From the NCBI GenBank assembly GCA_963713615.1, contig CAVQMM010000001.1, forward strand, positions 1,216,001-1,280,000: a stretch of DNA of 64,000 bases, read 5' to 3'. Position 1 is the first letter of the stretch. Each line of letters begins with the position of its first letter. This stretch comes from an uncultured Chlamydiae bacterium (lineage in GTDB: Bacteria > Chlamydiota > Chlamydiia > Chlamydiales > JAJFMA01). Positions 28,358 to 38,415 of this stretch are shown here, in pieces. The notes under the pieces were generated by a model. The model saw only the letters and a program-made list of their open reading frames with translations. It had not been told where the DNA came from and ran no database searches. The position numbers were made by a program, and so were the translations under genes.

Positions 28358-29881
28358 CTATGTGGGATTAAGGTCTGGCAGCCTGTCCTTTCCCTCTTTT
28401 TGAATCGTTGTCACGGGTGGCGATGGCGATTTTTTGGGCGTAGCAGTCGGCGGTTGTATCGGCTTTTGAGAGGGGCCTTTAGTCAAGCTAGCGATTTTTC
28501 TGTGCAATGTGAATCCCCAAAGCAGCACAGCTATTAGAAAAAATGTCAGAATTCCAATGATCCCATAAAGTAAGAAGGGAAAGCGATCAGAAGAAATGGG
28601 CGGTTCCGTAACTCCTGTTGTAGCGTGAGTAGAAGGAATCTCCTGAGAAGCAGAAGTTGCTGTTTCCAAGGCTGGTAGAATTTGAACTGTGCGCTCGGGA
28701 ATCGTAGAGGTCCTTTTTTCCTTTTTGGCGCTATCCCACCAGCTGATGGAAATTTCAGGCAGCACCCATGCTCCAGCCTGTTGAGGGATCAAAGTGTATT
28801 GCTCTTTACGCATACTATGGATGATGCCTTGCAACACTTTTTCCTGTTCGTCGGGCTTGTCAGCATAGACTTTAAACGTTGAACTTTGACTTTGTAAATC
28901 CCCTAAATGGGGAAGTTGGCTTGCTTTGAGACCTTCAGCTTCAATCAGGAAACCGCGCGAAAAAGGCTCTCCTACGCGCAGTGTCTGATCGCTTGGCCAC
29001 TGCTCTTCCAGGGTAAGTGCTTTTGCTGGTAGCCATGGCGACACCTCCGAGATGGCAGGCTGCACATCGAGTTGAATCTCTTCAGTCATCATAGTGAAGG
29101 GCTTAACCCGCTCAAAGCCTTGCAGGAAAGCGAAGGGATCGACATCGTCGTTAAAGAAGGAGCTAAATTGTCCTTTTCGTTTTTGCGGTATTGCTCCTTG
29201 AATAGCTATAGGGGGGATCGTTAGGGAACCAGTTTTTAAGGGGGTGATGAGATAGGTAAATTCAATGACATTAAGCCAAACCCCTCCAATCATCTTCTCT
29301 TCTAATTTTGGTTCCTTTAGAAGTTCCACAATGGCGTCTTCCAGCTGCACTTTCTGTGTTTGAACATTATAAAGTGACGTATTCGAGGTGAGAAATACCG
29401 TATAGATGAGAGGTTCATTCTTGTAAGGAGAAGCGTTGCTCACCTTGGCGATGACGCTCAGCCCGACGCTATCCACATTGGATTTGGGAGCATAGCCTTT
29501 GATAATATTTAATGCGATCGGCTGGGTGGAAAGAAGGCCCTCCGCTGTATCGACAGTAATAGGAGGGATCTGTACGGCCCCATCTATCTTGGGGGTTAAA
29601 GAGAGCTTCCAGGTGATGCTTGAAGAGACCTTCCCATTGACAATTGTTGTATTGCTTGAGTGCTGTTGTGATTGGATCAAAAAATATTTCTTTAAGGCTG
29701 AGACAGCCGGAGCCCCTTTCGGAGAGGTGTCTTTAAGGGTAAGATTTAGGGAAAAACTTTCACTCAAGTACACCTGCTTACTGCTGACGCTGGCAGTAAA
29801 TTCGCCCGCCTCGAGAAAAACAGCAGAAGTTAAGCTTAAAAAGAATGCTGATAAGGCGATAAAAAACGTCTTTTTTACCAT
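28358..29881 (-). CDS. batD: BatD family exported protein
   Basis: Signal peptide, beta-rich repeats, WLPA motif, C-terminal TM, LNP end; last gene of MoxR-VWA operon. Confidence 0.8.
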   Translation of the reverse strand: MVKKTFFIALSAFFLSLTSAVFLEAGEFTASVSSKQVYLSESFSLNLTLKDTSPKGAPAVSALKKYFLIQSQQHSSNTTIVNGKVSSSITWKLSLTPKIDGAVQIPPITVDTAEGLLSTQPIALNIIKGYAPKSNVDSVGLSVIAKVSNASPYKNEPLIYTVFLTSNTSLYNVQTQKVQLEDAIVELLKEPKLEEKMIGGVWLNVIEFTYLITPLKTGSLTIPPIAIQGAIPQKRKGQFSSFFNDDVDPFAFLQGFERVKPFTMMTEEIQLDVQPAISEVSPWLPAKALTLEEQWPSDQTLRVGEPFSRGFLIEAEGLKASQLPHLGDLQSQSSTFKVYADKPDEQEKVLQGIIHSMRKEQYTLIPQQAGAWVLPEISISWWDSAKKEKRTSTIPERTVQILPALETATSASQEIPSTHATTGVTEPPISSDRFPFLLYGIIGILTFFLIAVLLWGFTLHRKIASLTKGPSQKPIQPPTATPKKSPSPPVTTIQKEGKDRLPDLNPT

Positions 29882-31674
29882 GGATCAACTTCCTCTTTGG
29901 TGCCATTTTTCTTGGATTCGAGATAGAATTTGTTCTTTAAGAATGACTTAGGATCGTTTTTAATCTGATTCAGCCAAAGATCGGCATCCAGATCCTCTTG
30001 AGAACGAGGCGTTGGCTTTTCTCTCTCTTGCTGAGGAGACGATGTCTGCTGTTGCGGTTGTTGTGCTTCTTCCTTATCTTGTGGCGGCTCCTTTTCTTGG
30101 GAAGATTCTTCCGAATCAGAGTGTTCTTGCTCTGGAGCGTTGTCAGCCTCTTTTTCGTCAGGGGTAGAATCTCTTTGGGGCCGCTCGTCCGATTGCTCCT
30201 CTGTATTCTGCTCTTGTTCCTGCTGATCTTGCTTATTTTCTTGCTGGTCTAAGTCTTCTTGACGATTTTGGTTGTCACCCTGCTGTTGCTGGCCTTGTTG
30301 TTCGAGCATTTTCTTGACCAGTTCCAGGTTCTCCATGGCTTGCGTATGGTCGGGCCATTTTTCGAGCACATCTTCGTAAGCAACGATGGCATCGTGTAGT
30401 CTATTTTGTTGCACGAGGGCATTACCTAAATTATAAGCTGCCCTGGAGGCTACTTCTGGACGTGTTGATTGTCGAAACATCTCTTCAGCGGCTGCATAGT
30501 CGCCCATGCGATAGTAAGCGACTCCTTTTCTATAAGGATCCTGGAAGGCATGACCAGCAGTCGTGTAGTCTCCATTTTCATAAGCCTGATTGGCCTGCTG
30601 TTCTGCATTACAAAAACAATGACTCAGGGACGCTTGGGAGTAGGTAGGCATGATACTAAAGAGCAGAAGAGCGAAAATATAACCTCTTCGATACCACCAG
30701 AGAAAGAAAGGAAGAACGGGCAGAAGAAACAGATAGAAGTGCTCTTCCCAAAGCCGCTGGGTCTTATGCACCTCTTGTTGTATATCGGCGCGTTTTTCTA
30801 GATCTTCAAAGATGAGAGCTACCTCCTCTGCATGGTTGGCGTCGAAATAACGCCCATGCCCAATTTTGCTGATCTCACGAAATTTCTCCTTTTCTAACCT
30901 GGAGATGATCGGAGAGCCATTTTTTTTGATTACAGTGCCCTGGCGATCTTTAAGAGGGGCTCCCTCTAAGGAGCCCACTCCGATGGTGTAAAGAACGATC
31001 CCTTTCTCTGCCAGCCTTTTGGCAGTGTGGATAGCGCTAGCATCTTCAAAACCCCCATCGCTAATCACGACGATTGCCTTGTTACTACCGGGCTCGTTTT
31101 CTAACATTGTGGCAGCCATCTCAAGGGCTGGTGCTAACTTACTTCCTTGCACATAGACAAGATCGGTATCTAGTGAAGGCAGAAGATGGCGAATCGTTTC
31201 TTTATCCTCGGTCATGGGGACGATCATATGAGGATCAGCAGCAAAGGCGATAAGGCCGATTTTAGCTCCCTTGGACATGTTGAGAAGGTCCTCAACTTTT
31301 TGCTTGGCACGTCCTAGACGTGAAGGAGAAACATCTTTAACATTCATCGACTCAGAAAGATCGAGGAGGATTGCAAGATTTTGATCACGCGTAAAAGTGG
31401 CCATTTCGCGAAAATTCCAGCGAGGGCCAGCAAAAGCGAGCACTAGGCAGCTCCAGACGAATGACCAGAACAATAGGTGAGGCCACAGCCTTGTTTTATT
31501 GCGCTCCCCTCCTAGAATAAGATAGGGGATAAGATGTTTATCGATGAACTTCTCTAGCTGATGGAGAGGTTGTTGTCCTCGATAATAAAGAAAAAAAAGA
31601 CCCCATATTAGAGGAATGACAAGCAGCGTCCAAAGCCAAAAGGGATGAGCAAAGTGCATTTGACTAAGATCCAT
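29875..31674 (-). CDS. VWA + TPR protein (BatB/BatC-like fusion)
   Basis: DLSESM MIDAS, SDG, TPRs (AYNLGNAL), Q/E-rich linker. Confidence 0.85.
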   Translation of the reverse strand: MDLSQMHFAHPFWLWTLLVIPLIWGLFFLYYRGQQPLHQLEKFIDKHLIPYLILGGERNKTRLWPHLLFWSFVWSCLVLAFAGPRWNFREMATFTRDQNLAILLDLSESMNVKDVSPSRLGRAKQKVEDLLNMSKGAKIGLIAFAADPHMIVPMTEDKETIRHLLPSLDTDLVYVQGSKLAPALEMAATMLENEPGSNKAIVVISDGGFEDASAIHTAKRLAEKGIVLYTIGVGSLEGAPLKDRQGTVIKKNGSPIISRLEKEKFREISKIGHGRYFDANHAEEVALIFEDLEKRADIQQEVHKTQRLWEEHFYLFLLPVLPFFLWWYRRGYIFALLLFSIMPTYSQASLSHCFCNAEQQANQAYENGDYTTAGHAFQDPYRKGVAYYRMGDYAAAEEMFRQSTRPEVASRAAYNLGNALVQQNRLHDAIVAYEDVLEKWPDHTQAMENLELVKKMLEQQGQQQQGDNQNRQEDLDQQENKQDQQEQEQNTEEQSDERPQRDSTPDEKEADNAPEQEHSDSEESSQEKEPPQDKEEAQQPQQQTSSPQQEREKPTPRSQEDLDADLWLNQIKNDPKSFLKNKFYLESKKNGTKEEVDPW

Positions 31675-32683
31675 GGAGTGCTCTCCGGTGGTATAATAGC
31701 TGAGACAGAGTGAGAGCCAGCAAGACAAGTAGAGAAAGGCTTAAAGGATATTGATAAAGCGGCTCGCGAATCAGAAAGAGAGTTTCATTAGCCTCGCTCT
31801 TTTCAAGCCCATCGATTTTAGCATAGATCGAAGCGAGCATTTTCTGGTTGGTTGCCGAAAAATACTGCCCTCCGGTTTCTTTAGCGATCTCGCTCAATAA
31901 TTCCTCATCCATAGATACCTCTGCCATGCTGTAACCGCCCATCTGATTAGGAAAGGGCACTAAGCCTTTTTTGCCTATGCCAATGGTGTAGATGCGTATG
32001 CCATACTGCTTAGCCAGTTTGGCGGCCTCCAAAGGAGGGATACTGCTTGCGTTATCCTCACCATCAGTTAATAGAATCAGCACGCGCGAACCTGATGGCC
32101 GCTCGCGCAATGTCCGCACTCCCATCCCAATGGCATCCCCAATCGCTGTCGCGTTACCTGCCATGCCCGGAACAGCATCATTGAGCATTCGGCTGACCGC
32201 AGCGGTATCCAAGGTAAGAGGCACATGTAAATAGGCGTTTTGTCCGAAGAGAATGAGACCTAGACGGTCTCCTTGCCGTCCTTTGATGAAATTACCGACC
32301 ACCTCTTTAGTAATATCTAGACGACTGATCACTTTATCTGGTGTCGAAAAATCCAGCGCTTGCATCGAGCCAGAGATGTCGACGGCTAGCAGAAGGTCAT
32401 ACCCCTTATTTTTAACCTGTCGAAATTGATCTACATTTTCTGGTTGCATCAAAGCGACGATGAGCAGTATCCAAGACAGTAAAAGAACACCTAAGAAGAT
32501 AGAATCGCTTCTTGTCTTGGTAGCCTGGCAGGTCGGAAAGACATTTTTTAAGCGATGCACTGCAGGAAAGCCGATCTCTGCAGCCTCATTGCGTTTTTCT
32601 TTCGACAAAACAGGCAGCAGCCAACGAAGAAGTAAGGGGAAGGGAAGCAGGAGAGCAAACCAGGGAGCATGAAAGTGAAACAT
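31664..32683 (-). CDS. batA: VWA domain protein (BatA-like)
   Basis: DISGSM, GDRLGLILF, TAIGDAIG, LLTDG. Confidence 0.85.
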   Translation of the reverse strand: MFHFHAPWFALLLPFPLLLRWLLPVLSKEKRNEAAEIGFPAVHRLKNVFPTCQATKTRSDSIFLGVLLLSWILLIVALMQPENVDQFRQVKNKGYDLLLAVDISGSMQALDFSTPDKVISRLDITKEVVGNFIKGRQGDRLGLILFGQNAYLHVPLTLDTAAVSRMLNDAVPGMAGNATAIGDAIGMGVRTLRERPSGSRVLILLTDGEDNASSIPPLEAAKLAKQYGIRIYTIGIGKKGLVPFPNQMGGYSMAEVSMDEELLSEIAKETGGQYFSATNQKMLASIYAKIDGLEKSEANETLFLIREPLYQYPLSLSLLVLLALTLSQLLYHRRALHGS

Positions 32684-32684
32684 G

Positions 32685-33155
32685 TTAACACACCCAATAC
32701 CTAACAGCTTGTATTAACTCTTTGATCTGATGGAGAGGCAGGTCTGTATGCGCAGGAGCATAGGGGATTTCAATCAGCAGCTTTCCTTTTTCGGTCCAAT
32801 CGAATTGCTTGGGATCATGGGCCTTTAGCCATTTTAACCACGCATCGCCGACTAGCCCAGCGCATTCTTTACGAGGGAAACGGCGCACAGCAATGCGGCG
32901 CAAATACTCTGACAAAAATGCGATCGTCTCCCAAGAAGTAGAGGAGGATAGGTTATCTTCTAGACTAGTTAACTTCTTAAAAGTATCTCTTTTCCAACTT
33001 CTTAGATAGGCCAAGCGGCGACTAAGCAACCAGATGGCGCTACCAAGGACAAGCATTCCACAGACAATAGAGACCCACCAGCCGATGGCTAGAGGCCAAG
33101 GACCAATGACATCGAGTCCTTCAATATCGTGTAGTTGTTGCATTAAAGAAGGCAT
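32685..33155 (-). CDS. DUF4381-like protein
   Basis: LHDI...WPLAIGWW, AGLVGDAWLKWL; operon position. Confidence 0.8.
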   Translation of the reverse strand: MPSLMQQLHDIEGLDVIGPWPLAIGWWVSIVCGMLVLGSAIWLLSRRLAYLRSWKRDTFKKLTSLEDNLSSSTSWETIAFLSEYLRRIAVRRFPRKECAGLVGDAWLKWLKAHDPKQFDWTEKGKLLIEIPYAPAHTDLPLHQIKELIQAVRYWVC

Positions 33156-34063
33156 TTCTTCCTCTTTGCTATATTCTTTAGGCCCAAGAGAAGATCGCGA
33201 TGAATATCTGATTCTGTAGAAAGCGCGATCAGTGGAATTTTAAAACGCGCGGTGAGGGTGCCTAACGTGCTACGATTGGCCTCCCATTGAGCAGCGTAAG
33301 TTTCACGCCCTTTAATGCTGTCTGTGTTGATATACACCTTCTCTGCATTCGATCCACAAAAGCCGATGACGCCAGCTGGAATAAGAGCTTGATCGGCTGC
33401 ATCATTGATGGAAATAAAAACAACGTCACAGCTTTTACTGAGACGGCTTATACCACAATCGGTCGGAAAAGCGGGGGAAAGATCCATAAAATCGCTAATC
33501 AGATAGATTAATGATCCCGGATGGGCGACTCTACAAATATGCTGCAGAGCAGCTTCTAAGGAGACGCGATGCTGTTCTGTAGGAGGCTCAGCAAGCGTTT
33601 TAAGCATCATACAAAGCGCTTGGCGTGTACGCTTGGATGCAAAATAATGCAACCCTCCAGGCACATCGCCAAAAAAGCAAGCACTAATGCGATCTTGGTG
33701 AGCGAGAGCTCGCCAGCCCAAGAGGGAGGCACAGCGGGCGGCTTGAATCGATTTAAACGTGTTCCTTGTGCCAAAGCGCATGGCAGAGTTCATATCTACA
33801 CAGATGATGATATGCCGCTCTTTTTCTTCTTTAAAAAGCTTTAGATGCGGAGATCCTGTGCGTGCAGTCACCCTCCAATCAATATTGCGGATATCGTCTC
33901 CAAGCACATATGCACGCACGCCATCAAAATCCAAGCCCTGTCCACGAAAAGGGGAGTGGTGATTGCCCGGCGCGGTCGAGCTCACTTTGCGGCGCGCAAG
34001 CTGCATCTTGTCAAGTTTGCGTTCTTTATAAGAAATCAGGTCGTTAAAATCGGGATAAAGCAT
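33143..34063 (-). CDS. DUF58 domain protein
   Basis: SPFRGQGLDF, GDDIRNIDWRVTAR, ISDF. Confidence 0.9.
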   Translation of the reverse strand: MLYPDFNDLISYKERKLDKMQLARRKVSSTAPGNHHSPFRGQGLDFDGVRAYVLGDDIRNIDWRVTARTGSPHLKLFKEEKERHIIICVDMNSAMRFGTRNTFKSIQAARCASLLGWRALAHQDRISACFFGDVPGGLHYFASKRTRQALCMMLKTLAEPPTEQHRVSLEAALQHICRVAHPGSLIYLISDFMDLSPAFPTDCGISRLSKSCDVVFISINDAADQALIPAGVIGFCGSNAEKVYINTDSIKGRETYAAQWEANRSTLGTLTARFKIPLIALSTESDIHRDLLLGLKNIAKRKKCLL

Positions 34064-34078
34064 ACACACACCTCCTTA

Positions 34079-35080
34079 TTAAGGAATGGCCACCACATCC
34101 AAAAGCTTGCGGATGATCTCATTGCGCGAAATCCCGTCAGCTTCCGATTCAAAAGAGGGGTAGATGCGGTGTCTAAAAACTGGAAAGGCGACTTCGTGAA
34201 TATGCTCTGGAGTGACATATTCATCTCCTCTTAGCCAGGCGAGAGCTTTAGCACAACGGACGAGAGCGATGGTCGCTCGTGGAGAGACCCCATGAACCAA
34301 CCATTTAGCGAGTTCACGATCATATTTTCCTGGCGTGCGTGTCGCTGAGGCAAGCGAGACGACATATTTTTTTAAATTCTCTGAGATATAATGATGCGAT
34401 ACGGCTTGGCGCGCAGCGAGAACCTCTTCTGCGGATGTGAGCGGCAGAGATGCTTCTTCTCTGGTATGCTGTTGACGTTTCTCGTCGAGTTCGACGATCG
34501 CCAATTCTTCTTGATGGTTGGGATAACCTACCTCCAGATGCATCATAAACCGGTCGAGCTGCGCCTCAGGCAGGTTATAGGTGCCCTCTTGCTCGATCGG
34601 GTTCTGTGTAGCGATCACCATATACAGCTCAGGAAGAGGATAGCTTTTGTGTCCTACGGTCACTTGCTTTTCTTCCATTGCCTCGAGCAGGGCCGATTGT
34701 ACTTTTGCAGGTGCACGGTTGATCTCATCGGCGAGCAGAATATTGTTAAAAAGGGGACCCTTGCGGAAGACGAAGTCGCTTTTCTCGTGAATATAAATTT
34801 CGGTTCCGATGAGATCGGAAGGGAGTAGATCGGGGGTGAATTGAATGCGGTGAAAGGCTCCTTCGATGCCATCGGCAATAGCTTTGGCAGAGCGCGTTTT
34901 GGCCAACCCTGGCATGCCTTCGAGGAGAGCATGCCCATCTGTGAGCAGACAAACCAGCATCTGTTCAATGATTTGATGTTGGCCGATAATTTTGCTTTGA
35001 ATGGATTTTAGAATGCTCGACAGGGGATGATGTGCCGTTTTTTTTATCTTTTCTTCCTCTAGTGTTTGAACAGAGATCAT
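34079..35080 (-). CDS. moxR: MoxR family AAA+ ATPase
   Basis: GMPGLAKT, RIQFTPDLLPSD, DEINRAPAKVQSALLEAM, LPEAQLDRF. Confidence 0.95.
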   Translation of the reverse strand: MISVQTLEEEKIKKTAHHPLSSILKSIQSKIIGQHQIIEQMLVCLLTDGHALLEGMPGLAKTRSAKAIADGIEGAFHRIQFTPDLLPSDLIGTEIYIHEKSDFVFRKGPLFNNILLADEINRAPAKVQSALLEAMEEKQVTVGHKSYPLPELYMVIATQNPIEQEGTYNLPEAQLDRFMMHLEVGYPNHQEELAIVELDEKRQQHTREEASLPLTSAEEVLAARQAVSHHYISENLKKYVVSLASATRTPGKYDRELAKWLVHGVSPRATIALVRCAKALAWLRGDEYVTPEHIHEVAFPVFRHRIYPSFESEADGISRNEIIRKLLDVVAIP

Positions 35081-35170
35081 AGTTCACCTCTCAAGTGTAG
35101 AAAACGTGCTTTGGCTGCAATAGAGGCGTCATTATAACACACCATTACATTTTTACAATTCAAAATTTTG

Positions 35171-35309
35171 GCTCATCCGGTTTTGTAGGACTTGACTACA
35201 CAGGCAGGCGTGACTCAAAAAACATGATTCATAGGATATGCATGATATTTAGGATACTCCATAGAAGCCTCCAAACAGAATTCGTCCTCTTTTCCTTTTG
35301 GATGAGTCC
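35171..35309. mobile_element. Degenerate copy of the 5200-5353 MITE
   Basis: ctcatccggttttgtaggacttgact left end and shared internal aattcgtcctc. Confidence 0.55.
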
Positions 35310-35348
35310 TTCGCCAGCGATGTACGCCTGCTTAAGGGTGTTAGTGTT

Positions 35349-35700
35349 TTAGGAGTAACACGGATGCACACGGATCTAGGAGGATTTAGGAGGATTAGGA
35401 GAGCAAATACCGTTCGCCAATCTAAAACAATAAAATTGGTTTTTAAGATGGAATGAATAGGAGCTCGTGTTTATTACTACTCCTAAAAGGCTGAACGAAC
35501 CGTGTTTGCCATCCCATCCTCCTAAATCCCACTAGATCCGTGTGCATCCGTGTTACTTCCTAAAAACTACACAAACCGTATCAACCATCCTATCCTCCTA
35601 AATCCTCCTAGATCCGTGTGCATCCGTGTTACTCCTAAGTCCTAAATCCCCCCACATCCGTGTTACTCCTAAGTCCTAAATCCCCCCACATCCGTGTTAA
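35349..35700. repeat. acacggatgcacacggat-type inverted repeat with duplicated right arm and tandem ~33-bp units
   Basis: Left arm 35349-35396; right arms 35516-35563 and 35592-35638; then gtcctaaatccccc(c)acatccgtgtta x2. Confidence 0.8.
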
Positions 35701-35752
35701 CTTAAAAAGATTGTTTTGTTACCTTGGAACTCAAATACTACCAGGGAAAGCT

Positions 35753-37312
35753 ATGACCCCTACGCAAACTATTCATCCTCTTATCCGACCGTTCCAAGAA
35801 GGCGCCACTTCTACCAAAATCGCGGCTCCGTGCATCATGGTTATTTTTGGTGCCTCAGGAGACTTAACCCACCGCCGTTTAGTCCCAGCGTTGTATAATC
35901 TTGCGAGGGACGGACAGCTTCCGGCACATTTCGTGTGCGTAGGATTCGCCAGACGCCCCAAAAGCCACGACGACTTTCGTGTGGAAATGTTGCAATCCAT
36001 CAATCAGCATTCAAGGGTAAAGCCTGTCGACGATGAACTGTGGAAGACTTTTAGCCAGCAACTCTTCTATCATCAATCGGAGTTTGACAACGATGCAGGC
36101 TATGAAGCCTTGGCTAACCGACTGCGCGAATTAGACACGCAGTTTGGCACAAAAGGAAACCGAGTATTTTATTTCTCTACCCAACCCAGCTTCTTTCCGA
36201 CATTGGTTGCAAAGTTAAAAAAACATGGATTGATCTATCCACATGATCAGCCAGGAGCTCCCTGGTCACGAATCATCTTTGAAAAGCCCTTTGGCCATTG
36301 CCTTCAGTCTGCTATTACCCTTCAAAACGACATCAGCAAGTCCTTAGATGAATCTCAAACATATCGCATTGACCATTGGCTAGGCAAAGAGACTGTCCAA
36401 AACCTGCTTATCTTACGTTTCACAAATCCCATTTTTGAAGCTCTGTGGAATCGCCATCACATTGACCACATTCAAATCGCTGTCGCCGAAGAGCTCGGAG
36501 TGGGCACACGCGGAAACCTGTGGGAAGAACAGGGCATGCTCCGTGACATCGTCCAAAACCATATGATGCAGCTGCTATCACTGATAGCCATGGAACCTCC
36601 TAGTAAACTAGACGCTGAGGCGATCCGCGATGAGAAGGTCAAGGTCATCTCGTCGATAACACCCATAGCCGTCAATGACTTCAACAAATGTGTTGTGCGT
36701 GGGCAATATGCTCCTGGCATTATCAACGGTAAAGAAGTCAAAGGTTATCGCGAAGAGACAAACGTATCTCCCACCTCTAACGTCGAGACATATGTCGCCC
36801 TAAAGTTATTCATTGATAACTGGCGTTGGGCAGGAGTTCCGTTCTATCTACGCAGCGGCAAGCGTCTGCCCAAACGAGTTACCGAGATTGCCATCACCTT
36901 TAAAGAAGCTCCGGGGCATCTGTATCAGCGAGATGGTCAAGCTAACCCCTCTAATGTGCTGGCGATTCGCATCCAGCCCAACGAGAACATCTCCCTGACC
37001 ACTAATTGCAAGGTCCCTGGGCAGGAAACCTTTGTGCATCCGGTCAAAATGGATTTCCATTACGAATCTTACTTTGGAGCTGCCCAACAAGAGGCCTATG
37101 AGCGGCTGTTGTGCGATTGCATGGCTGGCGACAGCACCTTATTTGCGCGCAATGATGAGGTGTTTGCTTCCTGGAGGCTTTTAACGCCCATTCTCGAGAG
37201 ATGGCAGACTATCAAGGCTCCCAACTTCCCCAACTACCAGGCGGGTAAGTGGGGCCCAATCGAATCGGACCTAATGCTTGAGGCCGATGGTCGTAAATGG
37301 CGCCTACTTTAA
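35753..37312 (+). CDS. zwf: Glucose-6-phosphate 1-dehydrogenase
   Basis: GASGDL, EKPFG, RIDHWLGKE, RDIVQNH. Confidence 0.96.
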   Translation: MTPTQTIHPLIRPFQEGATSTKIAAPCIMVIFGASGDLTHRRLVPALYNLARDGQLPAHFVCVGFARRPKSHDDFRVEMLQSINQHSRVKPVDDELWKTFSQQLFYHQSEFDNDAGYEALANRLRELDTQFGTKGNRVFYFSTQPSFFPTLVAKLKKHGLIYPHDQPGAPWSRIIFEKPFGHCLQSAITLQNDISKSLDESQTYRIDHWLGKETVQNLLILRFTNPIFEALWNRHHIDHIQIAVAEELGVGTRGNLWEEQGMLRDIVQNHMMQLLSLIAMEPPSKLDAEAIRDEKVKVISSITPIAVNDFNKCVVRGQYAPGIINGKEVKGYREETNVSPTSNVETYVALKLFIDNWRWAGVPFYLRSGKRLPKRVTEIAITFKEAPGHLYQRDGQANPSNVLAIRIQPNENISLTTNCKVPGQETFVHPVKMDFHYESYFGAAQQEAYERLLCDCMAGDSTLFARNDEVFASWRLLTPILERWQTIKAPNFPNYQAGKWGPIESDLMLEADGRKWRLL

Positions 37313-37326
37313 CCATGAGGTAAATA

Positions 37327-38415
37327 GTGACAATAGCGGACAACCTGACCGACCTACAGCCTGCGGCGGCTATCAACCTAATCTCTGGTCCTGAAGACAA
37401 GGAAGTTGGTCTTAATTCTTGTCTTTTCAATATCATCGTCTACTCCGTTTCACCGGAGCGCACCCGCTACCTAAGGGGTCTTCTACAGTGTATTGTAGAA
37501 CACTTTCCCAGCCGGGTGTTGTTTGCCGAGGCTAACCCTCCAGGCATGGAATCGCCAACATCCATCGAATTTCATAGCTCTGCTGTGCGCAAAGGTCCCT
37601 ATCTCACAGGCTATGATGAAGCGAATATTCACTTTTCTCCGGCACAAAAAGCACAGATCCCTTTCCTTGTCCTTCCCTATTTGTTGCCAGATCTGCCTGT
37701 TGTACTCATATGGGGTCAAGACCCCACTGCTGAACAAGAGATTTTGCCTCATCTTCTTAGCGTTTCTAATCGTCTTGTCTATGATTCGGAATGCGCGGAA
37801 AACCTGCAACGCTTCAGCAATCGTATCTTGGCCCAATCCGATGCCTCACGCACGGATCTAATCGATTTGAATTGGGTGCGCATGAAAGGCTGGCGCGATG
37901 CCTTCGATGAAGTCTTTGACACCCCAGCACGCCTAGAACAGCTCACTCTCGCGCAAAAGGTTGAAATCACCTTCAATGGTCATCAGGATGAATTCTTCCA
38001 CAAAAGTGCTATTCAAGCGCTATATCTGCAGGCGTGGCTGGCATCGCAACTACAATGGAAGTTGCGCCACCTCGAAGGGGGCGATCCTGTCACACGCATC
38101 GTCTATCACAATGGTGTCAATGACACGGAAGTAACATTAAAAATCGAAGATTGCGAGACAATGGCACCTGGTAGCATTTTGGGAGTCGAGATCGTCGGAG
38201 GATACGATACTCAGTTTTCCCTTAAGCAAAAACCAGGAACGCAACAAGCGACGGTTCACATCTCTTCGACAGAAATCTGTGAATTGCCTTTTGCTGTAAT
38301 GATCTCAGGCCCTAAACTTAAGTATCAATTCCTCAAAGATATTTTCTATGGCGGCAGAAGCCAGCATTACCTCAATACTCTACAGATGCTATCACAACAG
38401 GATTGGAAGTTATGA
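37327..38415 (+). CDS. opcA: G6PDH assembly protein OpcA-like
   Basis: PSR, LLPDLPVVLIW, DLNWVR..WR motifs; lies between zwf and pgl. Confidence 0.8.
   Translation: MTIADNLTDLQPAAAINLISGPEDKEVGLNSCLFNIIVYSVSPERTRYLRGLLQCIVEHFPSRVLFAEANPPGMESPTSIEFHSSAVRKGPYLTGYDEANIHFSPAQKAQIPFLVLPYLLPDLPVVLIWGQDPTAEQEILPHLLSVSNRLVYDSECAENLQRFSNRILAQSDASRTDLIDLNWVRMKGWRDAFDEVFDTPARLEQLTLAQKVEITFNGHQDEFFHKSAIQALYLQAWLASQLQWKLRHLEGGDPVTRIVYHNGVNDTEVTLKIEDCETMAPGSILGVEIVGGYDTQFSLKQKPGTQQATVHISSTEICELPFAVMISGPKLKYQFLKDIFYGGRSQHYLNTLQMLSQQDWKL

Noticed and set aside
29990..30310. Q/E-rich low-complexity stretch
   Set aside because: Ordinary linker in BatB/BatC-type proteins.
35516..35700. Possible CRISPR array
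   Set aside because: Units are tandem or partial duplicates with no unique spacers, and no cas genes are present.
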